NCBI GenBank assembly: GCA_951406725.2
Contig: OX597823.1
Span: 97,650,001 to 97,714,000 of the forward strand
Length of the DNA stretch: 64,000 nucleotides
Reading direction: 5' to 3'
From: Octopus vulgaris
Taxonomy: Eukaryota
Part shown: positions 12,200 through 23,559 of the stretch, in pieces
Layout: each line of letters starts with the position of its first letter
Position numbering within the stretch: the first letter of the stretch is position 1
The notes under the pieces: model-generated
Told to the model about the DNA's origin: nothing
Seen by the model: the letters and a program-made list of their open reading frames with translations, nothing else
Databases searched by the model: none
Translations under genes and position numbers: made by a program

Positions 12200-12230
<31 letters not shown>

Positions 12231-13714
12231 GTGCATATATGTTTGTGTGTCTGTGTTTGTCCCCCACCAACATTGCTTGACAACCAATGGCGGTGTGTTT
12301 ATGTCCCCGTAACTTAGCAGTTCAGCAAAAGAGATTGATAGAATAAGTACTAGGCTTACAAAGAATAAGTCCTGGGGTCAATTTTCTCAACTAAAGGTGG
12401 TGCTCCAGCATGGCCACAGTCAAATGACTGAAACAAGTAAAAGAGTAAAGGAATAAAAGGGAAGCCAATGGGTAACTTGTGGTGAGTTGGGGCTTGCCTA
12501 GCTAAACATTTGAAGACTGGACCCAGTAAATTATGTGTAAGAAATGAGGGGGAAGGCAGCTGCAGTAACACAGCGGAATGCAGAGAGCATGATGAGCCAA
12601 GCAAGACATCTTGGTTATCCACAGCATTGGTCTCCATCCCCAGTTATCTTAACCTGGTCTTCCCACTGGAAGGTGGTCCCTTTCAAGGTGAGCATAGACA
12701 AGGGAATGAGGTTGACAAAGAGCAAATCTTCTTCGCTTTAAACAAAACTGCCTTACAAATTCATCAGTGATTCTTTACCCAAAATGTCTAGAACAGTCCT
12801 CATCGTTCCAACAAAGAAAGATGCATACATTAAGAGTACATGTATCTGTGAACTATTCAGTCACTTATATCAGTGCTTCTCAAGCTATCTGGTTGAAAAC
12901 TTCATTCATAATTAGTCACACACATCCATACAAACACAAATACAAACAAACACAGAAATACTAAATATAAAGATTAAAACCAAACATATGCACCCACACA
13001 TCCATAATACCCATCTCCCTTTATATCTACATGCATTTGCATAAACACATACGCACACACACACATATACAGCCAGATTGAAGCTATCTCGAGTATAACC
13101 AGCCGAAATTGCAAAAATAATCTGGCACTCAACTGAGGATAAAAACCTCTGAATGATCTGCCCTTGTATCGTCTGTTTTGTTTTCCTTTTCTTTTTTCTT
13201 TTCGTATCACCTAACTGTGTTCCACACACTCCCATTTTTGTATTTTTTATCTGTGTAAGTATATATATCTAAATTTTGTATGACTCTATTGTTCTTTGTA
13301 TTCTTTCATTCTTTCCTTCTTTCTTTCAGCCCTTTCACACTTTGTTCATTCCACTCTTCATTCTTTTGTCCCCCCTCTCTCACATTTCCTGGCCTTCTCT
13401 TCATGCTCTCTTTCCCTCTTTCACTTCACTGTCTCTTTCATTTTTCTCTCGCCCCTCCTTAATTCTTCTATCCTTCTGCCTCTACCTCTCTCTCTTCTCT
13501 CCCCATGTGACTAGTGTTCGGCCAGGCCTGACCTTTCTTTCATGGTTGGACTACTGCCCCTGCAACATCAATATTCCTTCCTGTGCTTGTTAAATCTTAT
13601 GTCCCTCCTATAAAGCTTTACTTCTACACACGCCAGCTTAATTTAATTCGTCCTTAGTTGAAAGACACCTGTTGTTATGTCCTGTTATTTATATTTTTGT
13701 AACATTTCTGTACA

Positions 13715-14982
13715 GTGAAAAATTTGGTATACAGGTATGGGTTCATCAAGGCCCAATCCTCATTGCCCTCCTTTTCATCATTGTCCTCCAGCCCATAACA
13801 GAGGAATTCAAGATCCCTTGAAAACTACTATAGGCTGATGACCTTTCCCTCATAGCAGATTCCATACCAGAACTAGAAGAGAAATTCCAGGTATGGAAGC
13901 AAAACCTGGAATCTAAGGGCCTTAAAGTTAACTTAGCAAAGACTAAGGTCCTGGTAAGCAAGAAAACAGACAGGATTTTACCCATTTCAGGTAGTTTTTC
14001 TGTTTGATTTGTAGGAAAGGTGTAGGCAGGAACTCCATACAATGCATCCAGTGTAAGTTATGGACACACAAGAGGTGCAGTAGATTAATAGGAAGGTTAT
14101 CAGAGAAGGCAGTGTTTGTATGTGGAAGATGCACAGGCTCCATAAAAACTATAGAGACTCGGGAAATTGATTTTCTCAAATACCCTGCTGGCTCATTAGA
14201 GGTAGTAGATAATTTCTGCTACTTAGGGGACCAAATTAGTAGTGGGAGAGGATGTACGGAGAGTGTCATAGCTAGAATAAGAATAGGATGGAGGAAATTC
14301 AGAGAGCTGTTACTTCTGTTTATTATGAGAGTTTTTTTCTCTCTGAGTGAAAGGAAGATTATATGATGCATATATATGGATAGTAATTCTACATGATGAA
14401 TGCAGAGGGCGTGTGCAGGTTAGAGAAGAATAAGGATAGTATTCTCTGCTGGATGTGTAATATAAGAGAGAGAAGTTAGGCATAAGAAGAATTAGCTGTT
14501 GCATGCAAGACTGTGCTGGTTTGGTCATATGATACGGATGGATGCTGACTGCTCCATAAAGAAGTGTTGATCTCTCAAAGTAGATGGAACACATGGAAGT
14601 GGGAGACCCAGGAAGACATAGGATGAAGTACAAAAGAATGACCTAAGGATACTGAACCTTTCAGGTGAGATGATAAAGAACTGAGATGCCTGGTGCCATG
14701 CTGTACTCCAAAAGACCTGTACTCTACAACAGAAGTATTAAGATTGGTCCTTCTAGTGGTGTAAATCACTTGTGGCTGTACCATGTAAAAGCACTTGTGT
14801 GGTGCCACATAAAAGCCTCCACCACACTCTGTGAAGTGGTTGGCATTAGGAAGAGCATCCAGCCATAAAAACCAGGCCAAAACAGACTGGAACCTAATGC
14901 AGCTCTCCAGCTTGCCGGCTCTGGTCAAACCATCCAACCCATGCCAGCATGGACAAAGGATATTCAATAATTATGACGATGC
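13715..14982 (+). mobile_element. 5'-truncated degenerate RTE-clade LINE (RT C-terminal part with PHD-like Cys/His insert, 3' UTR)
   Basis: Reads GVHQG..LLFIIVL..*ADDL..W..LESKGLKVNLAKTK, then CxxCRKGVGRNSIQCIQCKLWTHKRCS...CGRC, then VDNFCYLGD..ARIRIGWRKFREL. Stops and frameshifts are present. Confidence 0.85.
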
Positions 14983-15378
14983 GTGGCTGTGTGATAAGAA
15001 AATTACTTCTCAAATGCAAGTTTCAGGGTTCAGTCCCACAACATTGCACCTTGGGTAAGTGTCTTCTACTATAGCCTTGTGAGTAGATTTGGTAGACAGT
15101 AATTGAAAAAAAGTTCATTGCACATGTGTGTGTCACTGTCTCCTTACCTCAACATCACATGATAATCATAAACAAGCATCACTATCATGCAAAAGGTGGT
15201 CTTTGTTTCCAATATTCAGTGAAAACATGTCTGGCTTTGCAAAAATATTACCTCACTTGTAAACAGGCGAAGGTTAGCAACAGGAAAGGCATCAGACCAC
15301 AGAAAATCCACCCAACCTATGCAAGATGGAAATGTGGGTGTTGAAATGATGGTGATATTGATAATGGTAATGATATAA

Positions 15379-15612
15379 AGGCGGTGAGCTGGCAGAAATG
15401 TTAGCACATCAGGTGAAATGCTTAGCGGCATGTCATCTGCCGCTACGTTCTGAGTTCAAATTCCACTGAGGCTGACTTTGCCTTTCATCCTTTCAGCGTT
15501 GATTAAATAAGTACCAGTTATGCACTGGGGTCGATATAATCGACTTAATCCGTTTGTCTGTCCTTGTTTGTCCCCTCTGTGTGTAGCCCTTTGTGGGTAG
15601 TAAAGAAATAGG
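15379..15612 (+). mobile_element. tRNA-derived SINE family B
   Basis: Head GGCGGTGAGCTGGCAGAA..GAGTTCAAATTCC and core GCCTTTCATCCTTTC..AAGTACCAG, shared with the copies at 39058, 41971, 37625 and 54870. Confidence 0.85.
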
Positions 15613-16190
15613 TAATGATATATGGTGGTAGTAGATTTATGTTGTTTGATGATAACACAGTTGTTCAGTGAACTGAATTATCTGCTCCTGAATTAACATA
15701 TACGTGGCTGAGCATTCCACAGGCACATGTATCTTTATTTGCAATTCACAGGCAATATCAACATGACACAGTTTACGTGAAGGCTGTACCTTTTGAACCA
15801 TTGACATATGCAGTTTCTGACTCCAGCAATTTCAATCAGAGGCAATAGAAAATGACAGGTTCCACACGGTAGGATTAAGCCTGGGACTTCATGTCTTAAC
15901 TATTCTTCTACGTGCATATATCATCATCATCATCACCACCATTAATTTAACATCCACTTCTCCATATTTGCATGGATTAGACAGAATTAATTGAAGCAGA
16001 TTTTCCACTGCTGGATGCCTATCCTGCCACTGACCTTCACCTGTTTCCAAGTAAGGTAATATTTCCCCTTGGCCAGACATGTTGCCACAGAAGATTGGAA
16101 ATAAGTGATAAAGCTTGTATGACAATGCCACTTGTTAACAACTGCCACACAATGTCAAGAGAAGATAAGAAAACACACACACACATATAC

Positions 16191-16246
<56 letters not shown>

Positions 16247-16322
16247 AATATTAGGGAATAAATCCAAAATTACAGGGAAAAAAGTCAGATTTAGGATTAA
16301 ATCCAATTTTATAGTAAAATAT

Positions 16323-16508
16323 TATATAATATTAATTCGAGACAAAACCACTATTTTGCAAATCAAACAAGGAAAGACTTAATACATAAAAAATTTTAAT
16401 ATAAAGTAAATAAATAAATATTTACTTTATTTACTTTATATTAAAATTTTTTATGTATTGATTAAGTCTTTCCTTGTTTGATTTGCAAAATAGTGGTTTT
16501 GTCTCGAA

Positions 16509-16521
<13 letters not shown>
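16323..16521. repeat. Near-perfect palindrome (~90-bp arms) between (TA)n tracts
   Basis: TAATATTAATTCGAGACAAAACCACTATTTTGCAAATCAAACAAGGAAAGACTTAAT is mirrored at 16461-16520. Confidence 0.85.
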
Positions 16522-16542
<21 letters not shown>

Positions 16543-16548
<6 letters not shown>

Positions 16549-17258
16549 GAAAGAATGGAGTTGAACGACGATTTAACAAAATTCCTTTATTCTTGACATA
16601 TGTTTCGAAGACTGCATATTCCTAATTCCGAAGGAATAAGGGCTGCATTATGCCGCCTTCTCATCAGGAAAGACAAAGGACTTATGTCAGCATCATGACG
16701 AACAAAAATTTTTAGATGACTGCCCATACGGAGTCCATAATGAGTATTTCTTTAAAATATTCTGTTATAAGCAGTGACGTCAAAATTGGTTGAATGGAGA
16801 AGATTCTAAAAAGTTCAAGAGTTCAAAAAGGTTGGAAGGGGAGAGTTCTAAGAATAGGAAGGTGATAGGGTGCAAGTCTTATGTATGGTGATGTGTTGTT
16901 GTTTGCTAATGCTAATGAGATTGTGCCTATGTGTGTGAATGTATATAACTGCATTCGTGTCTATGTGTGTGTATGTGTGTGCGTGATTGTGTGTGGGGGG
17001 GGATAGATGCCAAATACAACTAGTGGTGAAGTGACAGGTTTGTGTCTGTGTGTTTGATTGTGCTTGAATTTTGTTGAATCGTCGTTCAACTCCATTCTTT
17101 CATTTATTTATAGTAAAAAAAGCACACAAATTTCCACACGAAAGCATGTGATCTCTGCCCTTGGCATGTAGCTTCAACTGTGTTTTCTGACGTGAATTTG
17201 CTACCCAGGTATCGGTTAACCGAATTATCCATACTGGGATAATTCATTCAACTACTTA
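16543..17258 (-). mobile_element. Non-coding Penelope-like mini-element with hammerhead and short inverted terminus
   Basis: 16543-16584 is inverted at 17066-17107. A hammerhead lies at 16590-16672, and both flanks are (TA)n. Confidence 0.65.
16590..16672 (-). ncRNA. Type I hammerhead ribozyme motif with long stem II
   Basis: Minus strand reads TTTC-CTGATGA-GAAG[~44 nt]CTTC-GAAA-CATATG-TC-AAGAA. Canonical core, GUC triplet and palindromic stem III; stem I is weak. Confidence 0.68.
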
Positions 17259-17266
17259 AATATATG

Positions 17267-17306
<40 letters not shown>

Positions 17307-17314
17307 CACACATA

Positions 17315-17710
17315 GGTGTAGGAGTAGCTGTGTGGTAAGTAGCTTGCTTACGAACGACATGGTTCTGGGTTCAGTCCCACTGCATGTCACCTTAGGCAAG
17401 TATCTTCTACTATAGCCTCGGCTGACCAAAGCTTTGTGAGTGGATTTGGTAGACGGAAACTGAAAGAAGCCCATCATATATATGTTTATATACGTGTGTG
17501 TGTGTTTGTGTGTCAGTGTTTGTCCCCACACCATCACTTGACAACCGATGTTAGTGTGTTTACGTCCCCAAAACTTAGCGGTTCGGCAAAAGAGACCGAT
17601 AGAATAAGTACTAGGCTTACAAAGAGTAAGTCCTGGGGTTGATTTGCTTGACTAAAGTCAGTGCTCCAGCATGGCCACAGTCAAATGACTGAAACAAGTA
17701 AAAGAGTGAA
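17315..17710 (+). mobile_element. SINE family A, full length
   Basis: tRNA-like head, central TA/TG tract and 3' end CAAATGACTGAAACAAGTAAAAGAG. Multiple copies occur in the window. Confidence 0.88.
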
Positions 17711-17989
17711 GAGAGACACATGCATATATATGTGTGTGTGAGTGTATAATATATATGGATGGAGCCTTGTATCTCCTCTACAGCAACTTTTCTTGTCCTT
17801 TTATCAATCTTTTAGTCTTTCAACACCTGGCGCAAAGCCATATCCTTCAATACTGCACCACCTCTCTATCTAGGGTTCTTGTCTTGTGAGTTATTTGATG
17901 ATCTCACTAGTGCTGGTATCATATAGAAAGTACCAGTACACTCTATAAGGTTGTTGGTGAAGGGCATCCCACTGTACAAACCATATCAA

Positions 17990-18190
17990 AGCAAATACTG
18001 GCACTCAAATCAAACTTCTGGCTCATCAGATCCCGAAAGTTGGAAACAATTATCAGATGGAGAAAACTGCAATATTTTGGCCATGTTATCAGCACCCAAA
18101 ATATCTGTGCCTTTTCCCACAAGAGCTGGAAGAACAGAAAATATTGCGAGAAACAAAGGACACTGACAGGGTGTCTGCAGAACGTCACCA
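17990..18190 (+). mobile_element. Degenerate RTE LINE C-terminal fragment
   Basis: Reads ..TIIRWRKLQYFGHVI.., similar to the RTE ORF C-terminal motif. Confidence 0.45.
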
Positions 18191-18342
18191 GTGTGTAGTG
18201 AGGATTGGCTGTGTCTGAGGCTCTCTCAACCTTCATTGATGAGGATGGGGGTATTGATTCCTTCATTCATTCATATAGTGTATGTGTGTACATATATATG
18301 TATATATTATGTATATGTACGTATATATGCATATATTATGTG

Positions 18343-18384
<42 letters not shown>

Positions 18385-18391
<7 letters not shown>

Positions 18392-18677
18392 ATCACGTGA
18401 CCAACCAGACCATCAGATGTTGTTATACATTGCTGGTCACCATGCGTTCGCATAGTTTTAGCCTTCGAATGACACCACCCCCACTGGCTAAGCGAGCAGG
18501 CCAACAGAAGAAAGAGTGGGAGAAAGAGTGGTGAATGAGTACAGCAGGGATCACCACACCCTGCCAGAGCCTCGTGGAGCTTTTAGGTGTTTTCGCTCAA
18601 TAAACACTCACAACGCCCGGTCTGGGAATCGAAACTGCGAGTCATCCGCTGCCCTAACCACTGGGTTATTGCGCTTC

Positions 18678-18680
<3 letters not shown>
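18385..18680 (-). mobile_element. tRNA-derived SINE family C
   Basis: Minus head GTGGAAGCGCAATAACCCAGTGGTTAGGGCAG..GTTTCGATTCCCAGAC. It is homologous to 39720-39885. Confidence 0.7.
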
Positions 18681-18736
<56 letters not shown>

Positions 18737-18785
18737 GCGAGAAGTTGAGGTTATATATAATGGCACCATCATATATATATATATA

Positions 18786-19450
18786 TCATCATCTTCATCG
18801 TCATTTAACATCTGCTTTCCATGCTAGCATGGGTTGGACGGTTTGACTATGGGCTGGCGAACCAGATGGCTGCATCAGGCTCCAGTCTTGATCTGGCAGA
18901 GTTTCTACAGCAGGATGCCCTTCCTAACGCCAACTACTCTGAGAGTGTAGTGGGTGCTTTTATGTGCCACTGACATGGGGGCCAGTCAGGCGGTACTGGC
19001 AACGATCTCGCTCGAATTTTTTACACATGGCAATGGCACAAGTTCCAGTAAGGTGATACTGGTAACGATCCCGCTCGCATGGTGCCTCCTACATGCTACC
19101 AGCACAGAAGCCAGTTAGCCGCTCTGGCAATGATCACGCTCAGATGGTGCTCATAGCACCCTACTAGCATAGGGCACAAGTGCCAGTAAGGTGAAGCTGG
19201 CAACGATCACACTCGAATGGTGCCTTTTATGTGCCACTGGCACGGAAGCCAGTTAGCCGCTCTGGCAACGATGATGCTCGTATGGTGCTCGTGCCCGTCA
19301 TCGAATTTCACTTTGATTTTGATTTGGATTTCACTTGCCTCAACAGGTCTTCGCAAGCAGAGTTTAGTGTCCAAAGAAGAAAGAGGTACGCACAAATGTG
19401 CTGGTTATGCCCCTGGCACAGGCCATGAGGTTATGGTCTCATTTGGCTTG
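18786..19450 (-). mobile_element. RTE-type 3' end element with degenerate ~60-bp tandem units
   Basis: Reverse complement of the shared tail lies at 18786-18970, with repeated CTGGCAACGATCxCGCTCG.ATGGTG units. Confidence 0.7.
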
Positions 19451-19453
19451 CTG

Positions 19454-19485
<32 letters not shown>

Positions 19486-21311
19486 CTTTCTTTATGTGAT
19501 TGTTTAATAGTGGTTTTTCTCTAAATTATATACATATATTATATATTGTGAAATTTGATTTCAAATTGTTAAATTGAATTTTTCCCTGTAAGTTTTGGAA
19601 TTATATATATATATATATTGTGTGTCTGGGTGTCTTTCCTGTCACTAACTTTTTTTTATTTGTTTTCCAGTCGTATCTGGTGTCTCTGATTTCTGAATTC
19701 ACATTTAGTCGGTAAAATACACATCAGTAATATATTCGAAACAATCCAATTGACAATGATCTAAGCCTTTTAATTTTATTTTGGGATTTTTTTGTTTTTC
19801 GCTTTTCATTTTATTTTCATTTATTTATTGTTAATGTAAACGATTCATTCTTGTTACATTGCCTAGAACAAATATATGAGAGAGAGTAACATTTGACGTA
19901 AAGAGGGAAAAACTCGAATTCGAAGAAATGAATGATGGCCTGTATCAAGAAAAAACAAAAGAAAGAAAAAGAAAAAAACCAATACTGTTCTGGCTTAAAT
20001 GCCAAACTTGCATTTCACGACACGAAGTCATCTTTCACGAATATTAAGGAACATAACTTTTTTGCTCAACATTATACTTGCTTCCCTTGCAAATTCTGTT
20101 GAAAACACCACACAACTTCATTGTTTGGTTCTTTCATGAAACGAAGTTGATTGATACTTAGAAATGAAAATTCCTCAGTATTTTCTATCTATAAAAATCT
20201 TTGTGACTACGCTATCTGCTCTTTCTGTCTATTTTACTGCAGTTACAATATTTACGCTTCTCTAACCCAGGTAGCCACATGCCATATGATCCATCCAACC
20301 CAGAATGTTCTGTTCGTCTTTCTCTTGTCACTCGATGGCTGCATGCCTTACCCACATTCGTTTCTCCTTAATGTGTCTCACTACTCTATAAACACTTTCA
20401 TTCGCAAAAGACCAAACCCCTGAAAATTCCTTCTTAATTCAATGTTTTTCCCACAAATATTCAAGCTGGACAACTACATCGATCTCACCTGTTTGTGGGG
20501 AGTTGCAAAGATCAAATTTAACGATTCGCTTTCACTTTAGTTACTTGGTTAGCTATGATAAAAGTGAAAATAAAATGCTAAACTCAATAATTTTCAATTT
20601 AATTATTACACCCAGTGGCATTAAATTAATAGGGTTGTGTCAGACCACCAGCGGATAGATCGAGGGTTCGTATCTTCTCACCAGTTTTGACACTAGCAGA
20701 TATGTCCAGTCTACTTAGCTATAAATAAATATATAGTAAAAAAGGGTAAAGACCTCCTTTGGTCATGAATGACCATGGGATTGCACCTAGAAAGTTACAT
20801 TCCGAGGTACGGTTGTTTTAGGAAGACTAGCAGTCACCCATGCATACCTGCACCACCACTCCCTCTCCATGCCACCGATGTTTTCAACATTGTTAGCCCG
20901 AGGAGATTCTTACCACTGAGCCATGCGCTTTCACATTAAATAAACAGTAATACAGAAACATTTTTTTAATGTACGCAGAGTGCGTGACTAACTTGAAGAA
21001 AGATGGGCTCCACTCATTTAACTTGTTTTATGCATAGAAGGCTTTGCTTTTAGTAATGTTCCAATGATCTGGTGAGCTATGGGGCCTAATAATGATCGAC
21101 CTTCCTAAAATTCCTAAAAGAGATTAAAGAGTTTGAATCATGTGAAATTCAAACCATCAAATTTCTTTTTATTTATGTGTGTGCCTTTTTGTTGAATAAA
21201 TAGAGAAGTTTATCTCACACGAATAAATAAATAGAGTCAATTACCAAATGTTTGTATTTTTGGTTTGAAATGTTAATGACAGCAAAAGTTTGTGATGAAA
21301 TGGTGCGATTA

Positions 21312-21625
21312 CTTGACGGGCTCACAATCATGAGGTAGCGAGTTCGATTCGCGGATCGAGCTGTGTTGTGTTCTTGAGCAAGACACTATTTCATGTTGCT
21401 CCAGTTCACTCAGCTGAAGAAATGAGTTGCGTCGTCTCTGGTGCCGAGCTGTATCAGCTTTTGTCTTTCCTTTGGATAACCGGTGGTGTGAAGAGGGGAA
21501 GCTAATATGCATGAGTGACTACTGGCCTTCCACAAACAACATTACCCGGACTTGTGCCTCGGAGGGTAACTTTCTAGGTGTAATCCCGTAAGCATTCATG
21601 ACCAAAGCGACTCTATACCCTTATT
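21312..21625 (+). mobile_element. SINE family D (3' part also inverted at ~20742-20810)
   Basis: Box-B-like GAGTTCGATTC. The 3' module CTCGGAGGGTAACTTTCTAGGTG..CATTCATGACC is mirrored at 20742-20810. Confidence 0.6.
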
Positions 21626-22390
21626 TGTACTAACTTTAAGAATTAAAACATTCTATCCCAAGTCGAAACTAAGTGGCAATCAAAGAGCGTAGAAATTTTT
21701 TCATATATTGTGAGTGTAGCGTCTCACCGAAGTATCGGACGAAGCTTCTGGAAAGTGTCTGAGTATCCCAGCACCCTATATACTCGCTAATACCCGTTGC
21801 AAATCTGTTTTGGAATGCACAAAATTTGGAGGGGTTATGAAATAACTATCCTTTTAAGTTCGGCATACTTTCGATCGCCGTTTTGACAAACCTCATGGAA
21901 AAGGAAGATGGTCAGTTATTTCCTTCATTATATTATTTTTTTATTTCCGTGTTTCTTCCAAAAAGTTGTAATTCTGAAGGAATTTTTTTTTTACATTTTG
22001 CGCACCCTCCACGTTGCGGAGTCCATAACGTTCTCCTTGAAAGAACATTAAAATTCACTGGTGCTATAATCGAGGGAGCGCATACACCTCCTTATTTTAT
22101 TTATTTACTGTTTACTTCCTAAACTAAAATTTTGCCCATTCTATGTCGCTCGTTATATACGTAAATATATATATTATTGATAGACAATAAATAAATTTTA
22201 ATTTAGCAGGTCACAAAAGAATACACCGTGGAGAAAAAATGTTTCACTGTGAAATATGTGGAAAATCTTGCATTAAAAGTTTTCATCTTGTCGTCCATAA
22301 ACGTAGTCACACTGTTTTTGTATAGTCGTATGATCTCTCATGTGTAGAACACAAATGAGAAGAAATTTTATTAAAATTCCAAAACATGAG

Positions 22391-23500
22391 TTATGAGGGG
22401 TTATATGCCACGAATTTTACCCAATTTTCCTTTCGTTTTGATTATTGTGCACAACTTCCCAATCATCATTTTTTGAAAGTTGATGAACAAACGATAGTCA
22501 GAAGGGGGTAAATCGGGGGAAGAAGGAAGGTGATCAACTAGTTCAAAACCAGGGTCATGCTCAACAGCCATTGAAGGCAAGGACGTATGTGTTGGGGCAT
22601 TGTCTTGATGATACAAAACCCTTTGCATTAGTTTCCCGGGGCATTTGGTCTCGATAGTCTTTTGTAACTGCTTCAGTAAGATGGTATAATGCCCTTCATT
22701 GATGGCAGAGCCCGGCTGAAAATAGTCAATAAACACAATGCCTTTTGCATCACAAAGACCTGAGACTAGCCACTTCCATGCAGATGAAACGATGTTGGAC
22801 TTCGTTGGAACAGGTGAATAGGTGTGTTTCTACTGCATGGATTATCTTTTTGTCTGAGGCTCAAAGTGTTTAATCCAACACTCATTGTGGCTTAAGAAAG
22901 GTTCAAGGAATTCAGCTGGATCTACTTCAAGCAATTTCGGATTTTAGAATAATGTGATCAGCCTAGTGTGCTTTTGATCAGGTCTCAGAAGACATGGCAC
23001 CCACCAAACAGAAACCATTGTTATGCCAAGTGCAGAATATTCTCAAATCTCTCACAGAAAATGCTAATACCATTGGCTATTTGATTTATAGTCAATCACC
23101 CGTCATCCATCACCATGCGGTGAAAATGTTAAATGTTTTCCTTGGTGGTGAAAGTAGCAGGACGTCCAGACATTGGGTCCTTTTCAATACTCTCAGTTCG
23201 CCTCCTAAATTCAACTGTCCACTTTTGCACAGTTGATAAAGTTGGAGTATCATCACCTAATATAGCAACCGTGTCAGCATGATCACCCTTGGGGAATAAA
23301 CCATTCTTCTGCACGATGCCATATTTTGTTCATTTTCAAAAGAGGTCGCTACTAGTCACATTACAAGTCTTCTTTGAACATTCAGTTGCCAATTTATGTG
23401 GAATCAAAAAGTGCAGTTATTAATAAGAAGTGTTGAAATTAATGCATGCTAGATTTTACACGCTACCGTCTACATTTGCACAAACCTCATTAACTTCATA
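22391..23500 (-). mobile_element. Degenerate mariner transposon (Hsmar/SETMAR-like DD34D transposase pseudogene)
   Basis: Motifs LSTVQKWTVEFRR..GRP, (W)CHVF*DL, IDYFQPG.AIN..Y, LYHQDNAPTH and SPDLPPSDYRLF, with frameshifts. Confidence 0.85.
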
Positions 23501-23559
23501 TAACTAATTATCCACATGCTATGGTGGTGAAAAATATCTGAAATGGTACACAAGAACGG

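Larger units (their letters stand above)
11631..12200. mobile_element. Non-coding fold-back element with hammerhead motifs in both arms (Penelope-derived)
   Basis: 11631-11817 is the reverse complement of 11948-12126. The right arm has an extra ~70-bp tail, and both ends sit in (TA)n. Confidence 0.8.
11430..12450 (+). mobile_element. tRNA-derived SINE family A, split at its internal (TA)n by a fold-back insertion
   Basis: The head 11430-11600 (GGAGTGGCTGTGTGGTAAG, GGTTCAGTCCC box-B-like) and tail ~12225-12450 match the intact copies at 17315-17710 and 55433-55817. Confidence 0.85.
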
